A stretch of 64,000 bases of DNA from an uncultured Gammaproteobacteria bacterium (GTDB lineage: Bacteria; Patescibacteriota; Microgenomatia; UBA1406; GWC2-37-13). Location: contig CAZOSM010000004.1 of assembly GCA_964582715.1 (NCBI GenBank), forward strand, positions 57,906 through 121,905. The letters are read 5' to 3'. This document shows positions 17,431-27,609 of this stretch, in pieces (position 1 is the stretch's first letter; the number at the start of each line of letters is the position of its first letter). The notes beneath the pieces were generated by a model. The model was given only the letters and a program-made list of their open reading frames with translations, ran no database searches and was not told the origin of the DNA. The position numbers and the translations under genes are program-made.

Positions 17431-17477
17431 AGGGTTTGAGAGAATAATAATTAATCTTTATAAGAATTAGGTAAAAA

Positions 17478-18698
17478 TTATAAATCTTTATGCTTCTTCT
17501 TATTTTCTATGAGTGCTTCAATACCAGGTAAAGTGCCGTTTTCTATAAACTCAAGCATAGCACCACCACCAGTTGAAATATGGGTGATCTTTTCTATATA
17601 TTCTTTTTTAGCAATTGCAGCAAGCGTATCGCCACCACCAATTACCGATACTGCCTCTGTATTTTCTGTAATTGCATAATAGAGAAAATCGGTGCCGTGT
17701 CTATAGTGCAAATTTTCAAAATACCCAATTGGGCCATTCCAGATAATTGTTTTTGCTTTTGAAATAATAGCACCAATTTTTGCTTGCGTTTCTGGTCCAA
17801 TATCTAATATATTTCCTTTTGCAGGTACTTCTGTCACTTTGCAGATTGTACCTCCATGTTCCAATTCCTGTGGATTCCCAATTACACAATCAAGAGGTAA
17901 AATAAGCGAGCATTTTTCTTTATCAGCCTTTTTCATAAGAGCTTTAGCAATACCTGTTTCTTCTTTTTCAACAAGACTGGTTCCAACAGATAATCCTTTC
18001 GCCAAAAGAAACGTATTTGCAAGTGCCCCTCCAATAATAAGATGATCCGTAAGAAGCATGAGTTTATCTATAATATTTATTTTGGTTGAAATTTTGGATC
18101 CACCAATAATGCCAACAACAGGTTTCGCTGGTTTGTCTGTTACTTTCAAAATCATCTCAATCTCTTTTTTGAGAAGTAGTCCCCCGTATGAAGGAAGAAA
18201 TTTTGTGACACCCACAACCGAGGCATCTGCCCTGTGAGATACGCCAAAGGCATCATTCACAAACACATCAGCCAAGGAAGCAAGTTTTTCTGCAAAATCT
18301 GGATCATTCTTTTTTTCGCCAGGATAAAACCGTGTATTTTCTAACACAATAATCTGCTTTGAAGATTGTTTCGCAATTGTATTACTTTTGTCAGTGATAA
18401 AGTCATCAATAAGTGTAATCGTATTATCGGGAAGGTATTTTTTTAGTTGATTGCATATTATACGCAGAGAATATTTCGGATCAGGTTCGCCTTTTGGTCT
18501 ACCCAGATGGGAGGCAATAATGATCTTATTATTATTTTGGAGAAGAAGTTGGATTGTTGGGATAGCTTGCCTGATACGGGCATCATCTGCAATTGTCAGC
18601 GAATTTGGGTTGAGACTGACATTAAAGTCTACTCTTAAAAGTACCCGCTTATTTTTAGGTTGTCTCTCATCAATAAATCGTATTTGAGATAAGTGCAT
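17478..18698 (-). CDS. pgk: Phosphoglycerate kinase
   Basis: RVDFNV, SHLGRP, DAFGVSHR, STGGGAMLEF motifs; ATG 18698 preferred over TTG 18710. Confidence 0.92.
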   Translation of the reverse strand: MHLSQIRFIDERQPKNKRVLLRVDFNVSLNPNSLTIADDARIRQAIPTIQLLLQNNNKIIIASHLGRPKGEPDPKYSLRIICNQLKKYLPDNTITLIDDFITDKSNTIAKQSSKQIIVLENTRFYPGEKKNDPDFAEKLASLADVFVNDAFGVSHRADASVVGVTKFLPSYGGLLLKKEIEMILKVTDKPAKPVVGIIGGSKISTKINIIDKLMLLTDHLIIGGALANTFLLAKGLSVGTSLVEKEETGIAKALMKKADKEKCSLILPLDCVIGNPQELEHGGTICKVTEVPAKGNILDIGPETQAKIGAIISKAKTIIWNGPIGYFENLHYRHGTDFLYYAITENTEAVSVIGGGDTLAAIAKKEYIEKITHISTGGGAMLEFIENGTLPGIEALIENKKKHKDL

Positions 18699-18710
18699 AT
18701 ATGCTAACAA

Positions 18711-19724
18711 TTAGACATAATCAGATACTTTTTCAACAAGATCGACAAGCCTTGTTGAGTAGCCCCATTCGTTGTCGTACCAACCATATATCTGAACAAA
18801 ATTTCCATTAATTACTTTGGTATAGTTTGCATCAAACGTACATGAGGCAGGTGAGCCAATGTAATCTGAGGAAACTAATGTTTCATTTGTATAGTAAAGA
18901 ATACCTTTCATTGAGTTGTCCGAAGCCTGTTTAAAAAGCTCATTCACTTCTTCAGCAGAGGTTTGTTTCTCGACAACAGCTCCAATAATAGATATCGAAC
19001 CAGTAGGGACCGGAACGCGGATGGAACCCACCTCAATTTTCCCCAGCAATTCAGGGATGGTCTTAGCAACAGCTTTTGCTGCTCCAGATGTTGAAGGAAC
19101 AATATTAAGCATTGCAGAACGAGATCTATCAAAAGATTTACCAGTATCATCAAGCATTGCTTGAGTCATAGTAACAGCATGAACTGTGGTGAGAGTACCA
19201 GAAACTACTTTCAAAGCATCTTGTAATACTTTAAACATAGGACTCGCACAGTTTGTGGTACAAGATGCATTTGAGATTATTTGCTCATTTTGCCAATCAA
19301 TTTTATCGTCATTAACGCCTAAAACGACATGAGTTGTCTCATCATCTTTAGAAGGAGCAGTAAGGATAACTTTTTTCACACTGTCTGTGAGATGTTTTGC
19401 TAAATCAGCTTTTTTAGTGAATGCACCTGTGGCATCTATAACCACATCTACATCATGTTCGCCCCAGGGAATTGCTGTTGGATCATCTGTCTGTGAAGTA
19501 GTAATTAATTTGCCATTAACTTCTATACCCTTTTCTACAGCTTTAACATCTTTATCAAATGTTCGATATACAGAATCATGTTTCAAGACATATGCCAACA
19601 TTTCATTTGCAGTCTTTCGAGTGTTGATATGTACAATTTCATATGTATCGCGCAGAGTAGAAATACGTGTAAATGCTCTCCCGATTCGTCCAAATCCGTT
19701 TAATCCAACTTTAATTCGTTTCAT
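18711..19724 (-). CDS. gap: Glyceraldehyde-3-phosphate dehydrogenase, type I
   Basis: GLNGFGRIGR, active-site SNASCTTN, WYDNEWGYS. Confidence 0.92.
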   Translation of the reverse strand: MKRIKVGLNGFGRIGRAFTRISTLRDTYEIVHINTRKTANEMLAYVLKHDSVYRTFDKDVKAVEKGIEVNGKLITTSQTDDPTAIPWGEHDVDVVIDATGAFTKKADLAKHLTDSVKKVILTAPSKDDETTHVVLGVNDDKIDWQNEQIISNASCTTNCASPMFKVLQDALKVVSGTLTTVHAVTMTQAMLDDTGKSFDRSRSAMLNIVPSTSGAAKAVAKTIPELLGKIEVGSIRVPVPTGSISIIGAVVEKQTSAEEVNELFKQASDNSMKGILYYTNETLVSSDYIGSPASCTFDANYTKVINGNFVQIYGWYDNEWGYSTRLVDLVEKVSDYV

Positions 19725-19781
19725 AGAATATTATGCGTAATTGATAATGAATACATAGTCATTCTTTAGTTAACTATGTGT

Positions 19782-20732
19782 TTAGTCTATATCAGATTTT
19801 CCTTCAGAAAATTCTTGTTTTGTAGCTGCTCCTTCATTATAAATTTTCATAGCTTCTTCAACAGATTTATCCTCTACGGTTACTGCATAAATTGCATTTG
19901 TAAAGCTTACTGCCTCAGCAAGAGGTCGTTGGTGAATGTTTCTGCCTGTTGCATTGCCACTTGCACCACCAACATGTATCTGTTCATATAATCCTTTAAG
20001 AAACTTTTCAGCATCAGTAGAAGATCCACCTGCACACACAACTCGGGTTCTACCTGCTGCGCCAACTGCTTCTTGGAGAAGCTCGGCTGAGTTTTTACCT
20101 TCTTGTTTTGGTGCATTGACTTTTACAAAGTCAGAACCTAAACATGCTGCAACGCCAGCTGCGCCAGCAATAAGATGAGGATCTTTTTCATCTGGAACAG
20201 CTTCACCTCGTGGATAAATCCAGAGCACAGTAATTAATCCAGCAGTATGAGCATCATATATAAGCTGAGCTGCCTCAGAAAGCATCTGTGCTTCAAACTC
20301 ACTTCCTAAGTAAATGGTGTAGCCAATACCTGCAATCTTCAGTCCACTATTTTCACGAAGCTCCATAACATGATCAATACCGTACCAGGCCATACTAAGC
20401 GGGTCTGATTGTTCTGTGTTAACCAAATGAGATTTTGAGTTGAGCTTCACCATATAGGGGATATTTTTGTAATCTGGGCCATACTTTGCGATCATACCAA
20501 GTTGAGTTGCAAAAACGCCAATATTGCCTTTATCTGCAATACGGAAAATATGTTCTGGATCGTTATCTTCTTTGGCAATATCTGGGCCATAGAAATCATC
20601 ATTTAAATGTTCGACCTTTTGGTCTCCTGCAAGAAGCATGAGGCGACCTGTATCGTGAGTTACTAGTCGATAGTTTTCTTCGTATAACTGTTTCATTTCA
20701 GAAGGTATGTAAGCCGGAACGTGGATTTTCAT
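19782..20732 (-). CDS. Class I fructose-bisphosphate aldolase (DhnA/FbaB type)
   Basis: LLAGDQKVEH, MVKLNS, GYTIYLGSE, DFVKVN (Schiff-base Lys context), GRNIHQR. Confidence 0.8.
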   Translation of the reverse strand: MKIHVPAYIPSEMKQLYEENYRLVTHDTGRLMLLAGDQKVEHLNDDFYGPDIAKEDNDPEHIFRIADKGNIGVFATQLGMIAKYGPDYKNIPYMVKLNSKSHLVNTEQSDPLSMAWYGIDHVMELRENSGLKIAGIGYTIYLGSEFEAQMLSEAAQLIYDAHTAGLITVLWIYPRGEAVPDEKDPHLIAGAAGVAACLGSDFVKVNAPKQEGKNSAELLQEAVGAAGRTRVVCAGGSSTDAEKFLKGLYEQIHVGGASGNATGRNIHQRPLAEAVSFTNAIYAVTVEDKSVEEAMKIYNEGAATKQEFSEGKSDID

Positions 20733-20809
20733 ACAAATTATTATGAATTAATAATCATGAAGCTCACCAAATTAATCTCTCATACACCATCATACATTCT
20801 TTAAAAGCA

Positions 20810-20838
20810 TTGTCAATAGTTACATTATAGTGTAATAT
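20810..20838 (+). promoter_or_regulatory. Promoter TTGTCA-N17-TAATAT, -10 box ends 8 nt before ATG 20847
   Basis: TTGTCA 20810..20815, TAATAT 20833..20838, no SD before the HIT gene. Confidence 0.4.
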
Positions 20839-20846
20839 TCAAGTGT

Positions 20847-21242
20847 ATGGAAGAAACATGCATCTTTTGTAAGATTGTAAAGGGAGAAATGCCTAGCTAT
20901 AAAGTATATGAAGATAAATCTTTTTTGGCATTTATGGATGTATTTCCTCGAGCAAAAGGTCATGTACTCGTGATTCCAAAAGAACACTATCGATGGGTGT
21001 ATGATGTCCCAGAATTTGGACGTTATTTTGAAGTTGCAAAGGAAGTTGGACAGAAGCTCCAGAAGGCGCTCGAAGCAGATTTCATAAGCTTTGTTACCGT
21101 AGGAGAGGAAGTTCCACATGCACATATTCATGTTATTCCACAGATGGAAGGACACATTAATGGGTTCAAATTTACAGATGTGAAGGATATTTCAAAAAAA
21201 GAGCTTGCAGAACTTGCAGAAACTGTTAAAAATATTATATAA
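20847..21242 (+). CDS. HIT-family nucleotide hydrolase/transferase
   Basis: CIFCKI...; histidine triad HAHIHVIP. Confidence 0.9.
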   Translation: MEETCIFCKIVKGEMPSYKVYEDKSFLAFMDVFPRAKGHVLVIPKEHYRWVYDVPEFGRYFEVAKEVGQKLQKALEADFISFVTVGEEVPHAHIHVIPQMEGHINGFKFTDVKDISKKELAELAETVKNII

Positions 21243-21281
21243 CCTTATGTAAACTTCTACATTGGCTATTAATAAAAAATT

Positions 21282-22196
21282 ATGATTACTATTTATTATA
21301 GAAACCTCCGCGATAAAACTCTTCAAAAGCTAGATAAATTCCGCATTGGCGCCTGGATTCATGTTGAAGAACCTACTTCCGAAGATTTAAAGCAGATTAA
21401 AGAACAATTTAACCTCGATGAAAGTTTGCTTATTGATGCAACCGATCCGTATGAAGTCCCTCGTATGGAGGTAGAGGAAGGGATTGCATATATTTTTAGC
21501 AGATACCCTTTTACAAAAGAAAAACAGATCACAACCTCCCCAATTTTATTTATCTATGGAAAAGAATGCTTTATAACTATTACGAGAGAGAAGTTTCCTA
21601 TTTTAGAAGGATTTCTAAGAAGTGTTTTCTTTACAACCCAGAAGACTAAATTATTCCTCCAGCTTTTTGGCATTATTAATACTTCATACAGTTCTCATTT
21701 ACATACAATCAGCCGACAGATTAGTAGTAGTGCTCATGAAATTGAAAAGATTAGTAACCAAGATATTGCACAGTTTGTAAGATATGAGCGGGTTTTAAAT
21801 GACTTTCATTTAGCACTCGTACGTACCAATGCAGTACTGAATAACCTACTTTCACATAATTATATTAGGTTGTATGAAGAAGATCGTGACCTTATGGAAG
21901 ACTTATTCCTAAATAACGATCAGCTTATTCAGCTTTCCAAGGAGAACTTAAAGAGCATTGTAAATATCCGTGATGCGTATTCTACGATCATCACCAATAA
22001 CACGAATAGAGTAATCCGTTTTTTTACTTCAGTAACTGTTATTCTCACTATTCCGACTATTGTTGCAAGTATTTACGGTATGAACGTTACCTTGCCATAT
22101 GCAAACAATCTGTATGCCTTTATAGGGATCATGATTTTTATTGGCATCATCTCACTTGGACTGGTCATTATGTTCCTTCACAATGATTGGCTGTAG
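21282..22196 (+). CDS. corA: CorA-family Mg/Co transporter
   Basis: Cytoplasmic funnel domain plus two C-terminal TMs with YGMNV signature. Confidence 0.85.
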   Translation: MITIYYRNLRDKTLQKLDKFRIGAWIHVEEPTSEDLKQIKEQFNLDESLLIDATDPYEVPRMEVEEGIAYIFSRYPFTKEKQITTSPILFIYGKECFITITREKFPILEGFLRSVFFTTQKTKLFLQLFGIINTSYSSHLHTISRQISSSAHEIEKISNQDIAQFVRYERVLNDFHLALVRTNAVLNNLLSHNYIRLYEEDRDLMEDLFLNNDQLIQLSKENLKSIVNIRDAYSTIITNNTNRVIRFFTSVTVILTIPTIVASIYGMNVTLPYANNLYAFIGIMIFIGIISLGLVIMFLHNDWL

Positions 22197-24338
22197 TTAA
22201 TTAGGCTTCTCAACAGATATATCTATTTTTCCTGCTTTATAATCAGCAATAACTTTATCTCCCGGTTTGATATTCCCCTCCACTATCTGTAGTGCAATTT
22301 CATCAACAACCAATTCATTCATTATACGTTTGAGTGGGCGAGCGCCATATACAGGGTCAATTCCAACCTTTTGTAAATGATCTACGAGCCTGTTGGTAGA
22401 CTCAAATCTATAACTTTGCTTTTTTAAGCGTTCTTCAACTTCCTGAAGCTGGATGTTCACGATCTTTTCCATCATCTGTTCGTCAAGAGGGTTATACATC
22501 ACAATAGAATCCAGCCTATTGATAAATTCTGGTTTAAAGTGAGCTTTAACCCGATCCATTATTTGCTCATCTCGTTCTTTGCCGTTTCCAGTTTGGGCAT
22601 AAATCTCACTTCCGATGTTTGAGGTTAAGATAATAATAGTATTTTTAAAGCTTACAGTTCTTCCCTTTGCATCTGTAATACGTCCATCATCGAGAATCTG
22701 AAGGAATGCATTAAAAATTTGTGGATGGGCTTTTTCCACCTCATCTAAAAGAACAACAGAGTATGGTCTTCTCCTTACTGCTTCTGTAAGCTGCCCTCCT
22801 TCTTCATATCCAACATAGCCAGGAGGTGCACCAATAAGTCGGGCAATGGTATGTTGTTCCTGATATTCGCTCATATCTATACGGACCATTGCTTGCTCAT
22901 CATTGAAAAGAGCGAATGCAAGTGCTTTGGCTGTTTCTGTTTTACCTACACCAGTTGGACCCAAAAATAAGAATGATCCAATTGGCCTATTTTCTTCAGA
23001 AAGGCCAGCACGAGAACGGCGTATTGCGTTTGCTACTTTGTGAAGTGCGGCATCCTGGCCGACGACCTGTTTTTTTAGCTCATCTTCCAGATGAACAAGT
23101 TTTTCAGATTCGGTGGCAAGAAGTCGCGTAACGGGGATATTCGTCCACCGGGCAACAATGCGGGCAATATCTTCCTCATCAACCTGTTCTTTGAGCAGAC
23201 GATCTTCTTCTGGGATTTCATTCCATTTTTTCTCAACTTCTTTAATTTCTTTTTCAATTTCAGGAATTTTTCCATATTGAAGCTCAGCTGCTTTGTTTAG
23301 GTCAACATCGCGTTGTGCTCTTTCTAATTCGACTTTCAGTTTATCTAGTTCAACCCGTTTACTTTGAAGTTCCGAGATAAGTTTTTTCTGTTTCTCCCAT
23401 TTTTCTTTTAAATCATCTAGTTTTTTCTGAAGTTCATCTCGTTCATTTTTAAGAGTTTGCTTACGTTCTTCCAGGTCTTTTTCTCGTTTTAGTGCTGCAA
23501 GTTCAATATCAAGCTGCATTATTCTTCTTCTTATTTCATCTAGTTCAGTAGGCATGGAGTCTATCTCAATTTTAGTAGAAGCAGCAGCTTCATCAATCAA
23601 ATCTATTGCTTTGTCGGGTAAATATCTATCGGTGATATATCGAGTAGAAAGGTCTACTGCTGCGATAAGTGCGTCATCTGAGATTTTAATTCCATGATGT
23701 ACTTCATATTTTTCTTTAATTCCTCGTAGAATAGCGAGAGAATCTTCTTTTGAAGGTTCATCGATGAAAACTGGTTGAAAGCGGCGCTCTAAAGCCTGAT
23801 CTTTTTCAATATATTGTCTGTATTCTTTAAGAGTGGTGGCACCAATAGAGCGAAGCTCACCTCGAGCTAAAGCAGGTTTGAGCATATTACTTGCGTCCAC
23901 GGCACCTTGTGCACCACCAGCACCTACTAATGTATGAAGCTCATCGATAAATAAAATATACTTTCCATCACTGTCTGTAATTTTTTTGATTAAGTCTTTC
24001 AGTCTTTGTTCGAACTCACCTCGGAATGCAGCACCAGCCAAAAGACCAGCCAAATCAAGTGAGACCACTTCTTTATTCTTTAAGGTATCAGGAACATCGC
24101 CAGCCACAATTCGTTGTGCTAACCCTTCAATAATTGCCGTTTTCCCCACACCAGGGTCACCCAACAGAACGGGGTTATTCTTAGTGCGCCGAGAAAGAAT
24201 CTGAATAACACGACGTATTTCATTATCACGTCCAATTACCGGATCAAGTTTCCCTTTTCTGGCAGTTTCGGTGAAATTAATTGTATAGAGTTCGAGCGGA
24301 TCACCTTGTGTTTTTGGTGGCTCGTAGTTCATTTGCAT
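22197..24338 (-). CDS. clpB: ClpB disaggregase lacking the N-terminal domain
   Basis: Two AAA+ modules ([18 protein letters not shown]), long coiled-coil M domain, GARPLKR. The ORF begins about 20 aa before the KLDPVIGRD linker, with no N-domain upstream. Confidence 0.9.
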   Translation of the reverse strand: MQMNYEPPKTQGDPLELYTINFTETARKGKLDPVIGRDNEIRRVIQILSRRTKNNPVLLGDPGVGKTAIIEGLAQRIVAGDVPDTLKNKEVVSLDLAGLLAGAAFRGEFEQRLKDLIKKITDSDGKYILFIDELHTLVGAGGAQGAVDASNMLKPALARGELRSIGATTLKEYRQYIEKDQALERRFQPVFIDEPSKEDSLAILRGIKEKYEVHHGIKISDDALIAAVDLSTRYITDRYLPDKAIDLIDEAAASTKIEIDSMPTELDEIRRRIMQLDIELAALKREKDLEERKQTLKNERDELQKKLDDLKEKWEKQKKLISELQSKRVELDKLKVELERAQRDVDLNKAAELQYGKIPEIEKEIKEVEKKWNEIPEEDRLLKEQVDEEDIARIVARWTNIPVTRLLATESEKLVHLEDELKKQVVGQDAALHKVANAIRRSRAGLSEENRPIGSFLFLGPTGVGKTETAKALAFALFNDEQAMVRIDMSEYQEQHTIARLIGAPPGYVGYEEGGQLTEAVRRRPYSVVLLDEVEKAHPQIFNAFLQILDDGRITDAKGRTVSFKNTIIILTSNIGSEIYAQTGNGKERDEQIMDRVKAHFKPEFINRLDSIVMYNPLDEQMMEKIVNIQLQEVEERLKKQSYRFESTNRLVDHLQKVGIDPVYGARPLKRIMNELVVDEIALQIVEGNIKPGDKVIADYKAGKIDISVEKPN

Positions 24339-24467
24339 AGGTGTATTAGCAATCAAAAATGTTAAGTGCTAATTTTTATTATAGAGCTATGTTTGAAAGA
24401 TTTCAAGTGTATATATCCTTTACCCAAAATTTACTAAATGACATAATTCCTATGTTAAAATGATTAT

Positions 24468-24623
24468 ATGGAAAAAGAAAATAGAAGAAAAAATAAGCCA
24501 GTATTAGAAAAAGCAGGAACAAAATCGTTAGAAGAAGTATTAAAAGTAATAAGGATGGTCCAAAAAGAAATTGAAACTAAGGATTATGAGAGTAAAGTTG
24601 ATCCAAATGTCCGCGTATTATAA
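24468..24623 (+). CDS. 51-aa putative antitoxin-like micro-protein
   Basis: Below ORF-track cutoff; charged helical peptide; TGtTAAAAT box 6 nt upstream; its 3-prime end overlaps the PIN gene start by 17 nt. Confidence 0.4.
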   Translation: MEKENRRKNKPVLEKAGTKSLEEVLKVIRMVQKEIETKDYESKVDPNVRVL

Positions 24624-25161
24624 TCCCCAACTGACTGCGTTAATTAAAGATAAGCAACTAGTGCTAGATACTAATGTATTAATTTCATGCTTTACAAATG
24701 AGGAGTATTTTAAAACATTCTTAAATGTATTCGAAAATAATCCTTTTCTAATTGATTCAATTGTAAAACTCGAATTTATGAGAAATGATTATTTGTCTGA
24801 TGACATGAAAAAGAAGAATATTTTTTTAAACTTTGATAGATTTTATGTAATTACTGAACATCAAGATATTTTCAAAAAAACAATTGAAAATAGCTATGAT
24901 ATATCTCGCATTTACTCTCATAAAGGTAATCCTCGAATTCCATTAGGAGATATCCTTATTATTTCACGATTAAAACAATTTGCTGATAGACAATTATTCC
25001 TTACTCTTGATAAAAGTGATTTTTCAACAATTCTATTTGATCGAATAGGTGTTGTTTCTATAGAAAGAAATTCTAGGAATAATCATAATCTTTTAGAACA
25101 TATAGTTATCCTTCAGTTTAATAGTAAAAAATATACACAATGCATTAACCAACTTCCTTAG
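24607..25161 (+). CDS. PIN-domain protein (putative toxin nuclease)
   Basis: Acidic PIN positions in order: LVLDTNVLI, KLEFMRN, GDILIISRL, LTLDKSDF. Confidence 0.6.
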   Translation: MSAYYNPQLTALIKDKQLVLDTNVLISCFTNEEYFKTFLNVFENNPFLIDSIVKLEFMRNDYLSDDMKKKNIFLNFDRFYVITEHQDIFKKTIENSYDISRIYSHKGNPRIPLGDILIISRLKQFADRQLFLTLDKSDFSTILFDRIGVVSIERNSRNNHNLLEHIVILQFNSKKYTQCINQLP

Positions 25162-25562
25162 TTTCTTTTCTTAAAATTTAACGAAGCAGAATTAATACAG
25201 TATCTTTGGCCTCCTTTATCTGTTGGTCCATCGGGGAAGACATGCCCTAAATGAGAGCCACAATTTCCACAAGTCACCTCAATACGTCTCATTCCAAAGC
25301 TGTTATCTGCATTATATTTGAGGGCGTCTTTAGAAACTGGATCCCAAAATGCTGGCCAACCACAGCCTGAGTCGTATTTTGTATCCGAAGTAAAGAGATC
25401 AACTCCACAGACTTTGCAGTAGTACATTCCTTTTTTAAAGTGATGGTCATACTTATTAGTAAAAGGAGCTTCAGTACCTTTTTCCTGGGTAATACGATAG
25501 GTTTCGGGGTCAAGTTCTTGCTTAAGTTGTTCTTTTGTTTTGGAGAATTGAGGAGATGTCAT
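25158..25562 (-). CDS. msrB: Peptide-methionine (R)-S-oxide reductase
   Basis: CKVCG...CGNCGSHLGHVF zinc pairs, GCGWPAF, catalytic RYCINS; ATG 25562 preferred over TTG 25610. Confidence 0.9.
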   Translation of the reverse strand: MTSPQFSKTKEQLKQELDPETYRITQEKGTEAPFTNKYDHHFKKGMYYCKVCGVDLFTSDTKYDSGCGWPAFWDPVSKDALKYNADNSFGMRRIEVTCGNCGSHLGHVFPDGPTDKGGQRYCINSASLNFKKRN

Positions 25563-25584
25563 ACTTTTATTATACTCCTGTGTG

Positions 25585-25830
25585 TCAAGTGGATTCTGGA
25601 ACCGGGTCAAAACCGCCTTTGCTCCATGGATTACATCGCAGTATTCTTTTTAATCCAAGATAACTTCCTTTTAAAGCTCCATACTTGTCGACTGCTTCAT
25701 AAGTATATCTCGAGCAAGTTGGTGTAAATCTGCAACCGGCATTGGTATTAAACAGAAATTTAAACACGCCTTCATATATAAATGAAGTGTTCTGATAGAT
25801 TGTGATGAGGTTAAGAATTATTTTTTTCAT
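25585..25830 (-). CDS. yidD: Membrane protein insertion efficiency factor YidD
   Basis: [15 protein letters not shown]...[11 protein letters not shown] signature. Confidence 0.85.
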   Translation of the reverse strand: MKKIILNLITIYQNTSFIYEGVFKFLFNTNAGCRFTPTCSRYTYEAVDKYGALKGSYLGLKRILRCNPWSKGGFDPVPEST

Positions 25831-25914
25831 ACGATATCATACTTATCTGTAATTCATACATATTTTTTACAAGTTATATCTTTTATACAAGCCAATATAT
25901 TGTAAAATGGAACT

Positions 25915-26679
25915 ATGAAAATATCTATCATAACCCTCTTTCCAAACATGGTAAAAACTTTTTTTGATGAAAGTATTATCAAAAGAGCACAGGAAAAGGG
26001 GTCGGTAGAAATTGAGATTATTAACCTTCGTGATTTTGCAATCGATAAACATGGCACAGTAGATGACAGACCATATGGCGGCGGAGCAGGGATGGTACTT
26101 CGTCCCGAGCCACTTGCAGCTGCAATCAGAAAAGCTAAAGAGTCAGATAATAAAAGAGAAAATGCCTCTACTTTATTGACTTCACCTAAAGGTACAACTT
26201 ATACACAAAAAAAAGCATTAGAACTAGCTGAACTAGATCATCTTATAATTGTCTGTGGACATTATGAAGGTGTAGATGAACGTATACGGGATGATGTAGA
26301 TGAAGAGATTTCTATTGGTGATTATGTCCTCACAGGTGGAGAAATTCCTGCTGCAGCTATTGTAGATTCTATAGTACGCTTGCAGCCTGGGGTATTAAAA
26401 AAAGAAAAGGCAACTATAGAAGAAAGTTTCTTTGAAGTACCATTAAAAGAAATCATTGATCTGGTCGGACCTACTGAAGTGTTACTCGCCTTAGAAGATA
26501 AACATGTTACTACAGTACAGATGCTTGAGTATCCTCACTACACGAGGCCAGAAGAATTTGAAGGAAAAGTGATACCAGAAATACTCACACATGGAAATCA
26601 TGAAGCAATTCGTAGATGGAGGATACAGGAAGCCTATAATCAGACTGTTGAAAAACGTCCAGACCTTCTTAAAAAGTGA
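25915..26679 (+). CDS. trmD: tRNA (guanine37-N1)-methyltransferase
   Basis: ITLFPNM, VDDRPYGGGAGMV, CGHYEGVDERI, GDYVLTGGE, GNHEAIRRWR. Confidence 0.92.
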   Translation: MKISIITLFPNMVKTFFDESIIKRAQEKGSVEIEIINLRDFAIDKHGTVDDRPYGGGAGMVLRPEPLAAAIRKAKESDNKRENASTLLTSPKGTTYTQKKALELAELDHLIIVCGHYEGVDERIRDDVDEEISIGDYVLTGGEIPAAAIVDSIVRLQPGVLKKEKATIEESFFEVPLKEIIDLVGPTEVLLALEDKHVTTVQMLEYPHYTRPEEFEGKVIPEILTHGNHEAIRRWRIQEAYNQTVEKRPDLLKK

Positions 26680-26765
26680 GCTCAATTTTACTTGACAAAT
26701 GTTTTCTACAATGCTTAAATGTCATATCCAAGTTAATATTCTTTCTATGAAAAAAATCTATTGTT

Positions 26766-27608
26766 GTGGAGGAGGATGCCAATGTGGAGAAGAATGCGGA
26801 TGTGATTCAGAATAAGTTTGAGTACAATGAACCTATGATCTCTTTGACATCTGTCACCAAACAATTTAAAACAAAAACTGCAGTAAACGATATATCTTTT
26901 ACTGCAAAAAAAGGTGAAATAATTGGTTTTCTTGGACCAAATGGTGCAGGGAAGACTACAACCATGCGCCTTATTCTTGGTCTCATCAAACCCACAAAAG
27001 GAGAAGTAACAGTCAATGGAAAAGATCCAATTACAGATAGACTTAAGGTTCTGGATGATATAGGTTATCTTCCAGAAAATAATCCTTTATACGGTGAAAT
27101 GAAAGTACGAGAGTACCTCCGGTTTATGACAGAAATAAAAGAAGTGCAAGATAAGGAAACGGTCAATAAGATTGCAGAAGATGTGAATGTGTCAGATGTC
27201 CTTGATACTAAAATAGAAGAGCTTTCTCGAGGATACAAACAACGTGTTGGACTCGCTGCAGCTCTGCTTGGATCTCCAGATATACTCATCCTTGATGAAC
27301 CAACCTCCGGCCTTGATCCTTTGGAACAGGATAAAATTAAAGACCTTATTAAACAGATTGCTAAAGAAAAAACAGTTATTTTTTCTACACATATTTTGTC
27401 TGAAGTAGAAGATATTGCGACGCGACTTGTTATTATTAAAGAGGGTGCGGTAGTATACGATGGTAAAAAACCAACTGGAAAAGGAGAAGTCGAAAAGCTC
27501 TTTAAGAACCTGATGAGTCCTACTGTATTAGTCAAAAAGGCAGCAACAGAAGAAGAAAAGCCTAAAAAAAAGCGCCTATCAAAAAAAGCGCCAAAAATTT
27601 TAAAGTAA
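26766..27608 (+). CDS. ABC transporter ATP-binding protein (GldA/ABC-2 type)
   Basis: Walker A GPNGAGKTT, signature LSRGYKQR, Walker B ILILDEPTSGLD; GTG at 26766, first in-frame ATG at 26835; Lys-rich tail. Confidence 0.85.
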   Translation: MEEDANVEKNADVIQNKFEYNEPMISLTSVTKQFKTKTAVNDISFTAKKGEIIGFLGPNGAGKTTTMRLILGLIKPTKGEVTVNGKDPITDRLKVLDDIGYLPENNPLYGEMKVREYLRFMTEIKEVQDKETVNKIAEDVNVSDVLDTKIEELSRGYKQRVGLAAALLGSPDILILDEPTSGLDPLEQDKIKDLIKQIAKEKTVIFSTHILSEVEDIATRLVIIKEGAVVYDGKKPTGKGEVEKLFKNLMSPTVLVKKAATEEEKPKKKRLSKKAPKILK

Positions 27609-27609
27609 T

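Noticed and set aside
16634-17470. 278-aa ORF antisense to glpX. Similar long antisense ORFs occur at 27065..27535, 28321..28701, 19387..19740, 20820..21155, 50205..50486 and 32882..33229.
   Set aside because: Each lies entirely inside a confidently identified gene on the other strand. Their composition is low-complexity Ser/Ile/Phe-rich (or GV repeats opposite the PT linker), with no start signals. They are typical shadow ORFs.
26776-26805. 9-codon uORF (MPMWRRMRM) after a GGAGGAGG stretch upstream of the ABC ATPase.
   Set aside because: The SD-like run abuts the ATG with no spacer. The stretch can equally be the in-frame GTG-initiated N-terminus of the ATPase. There is no supporting structure.
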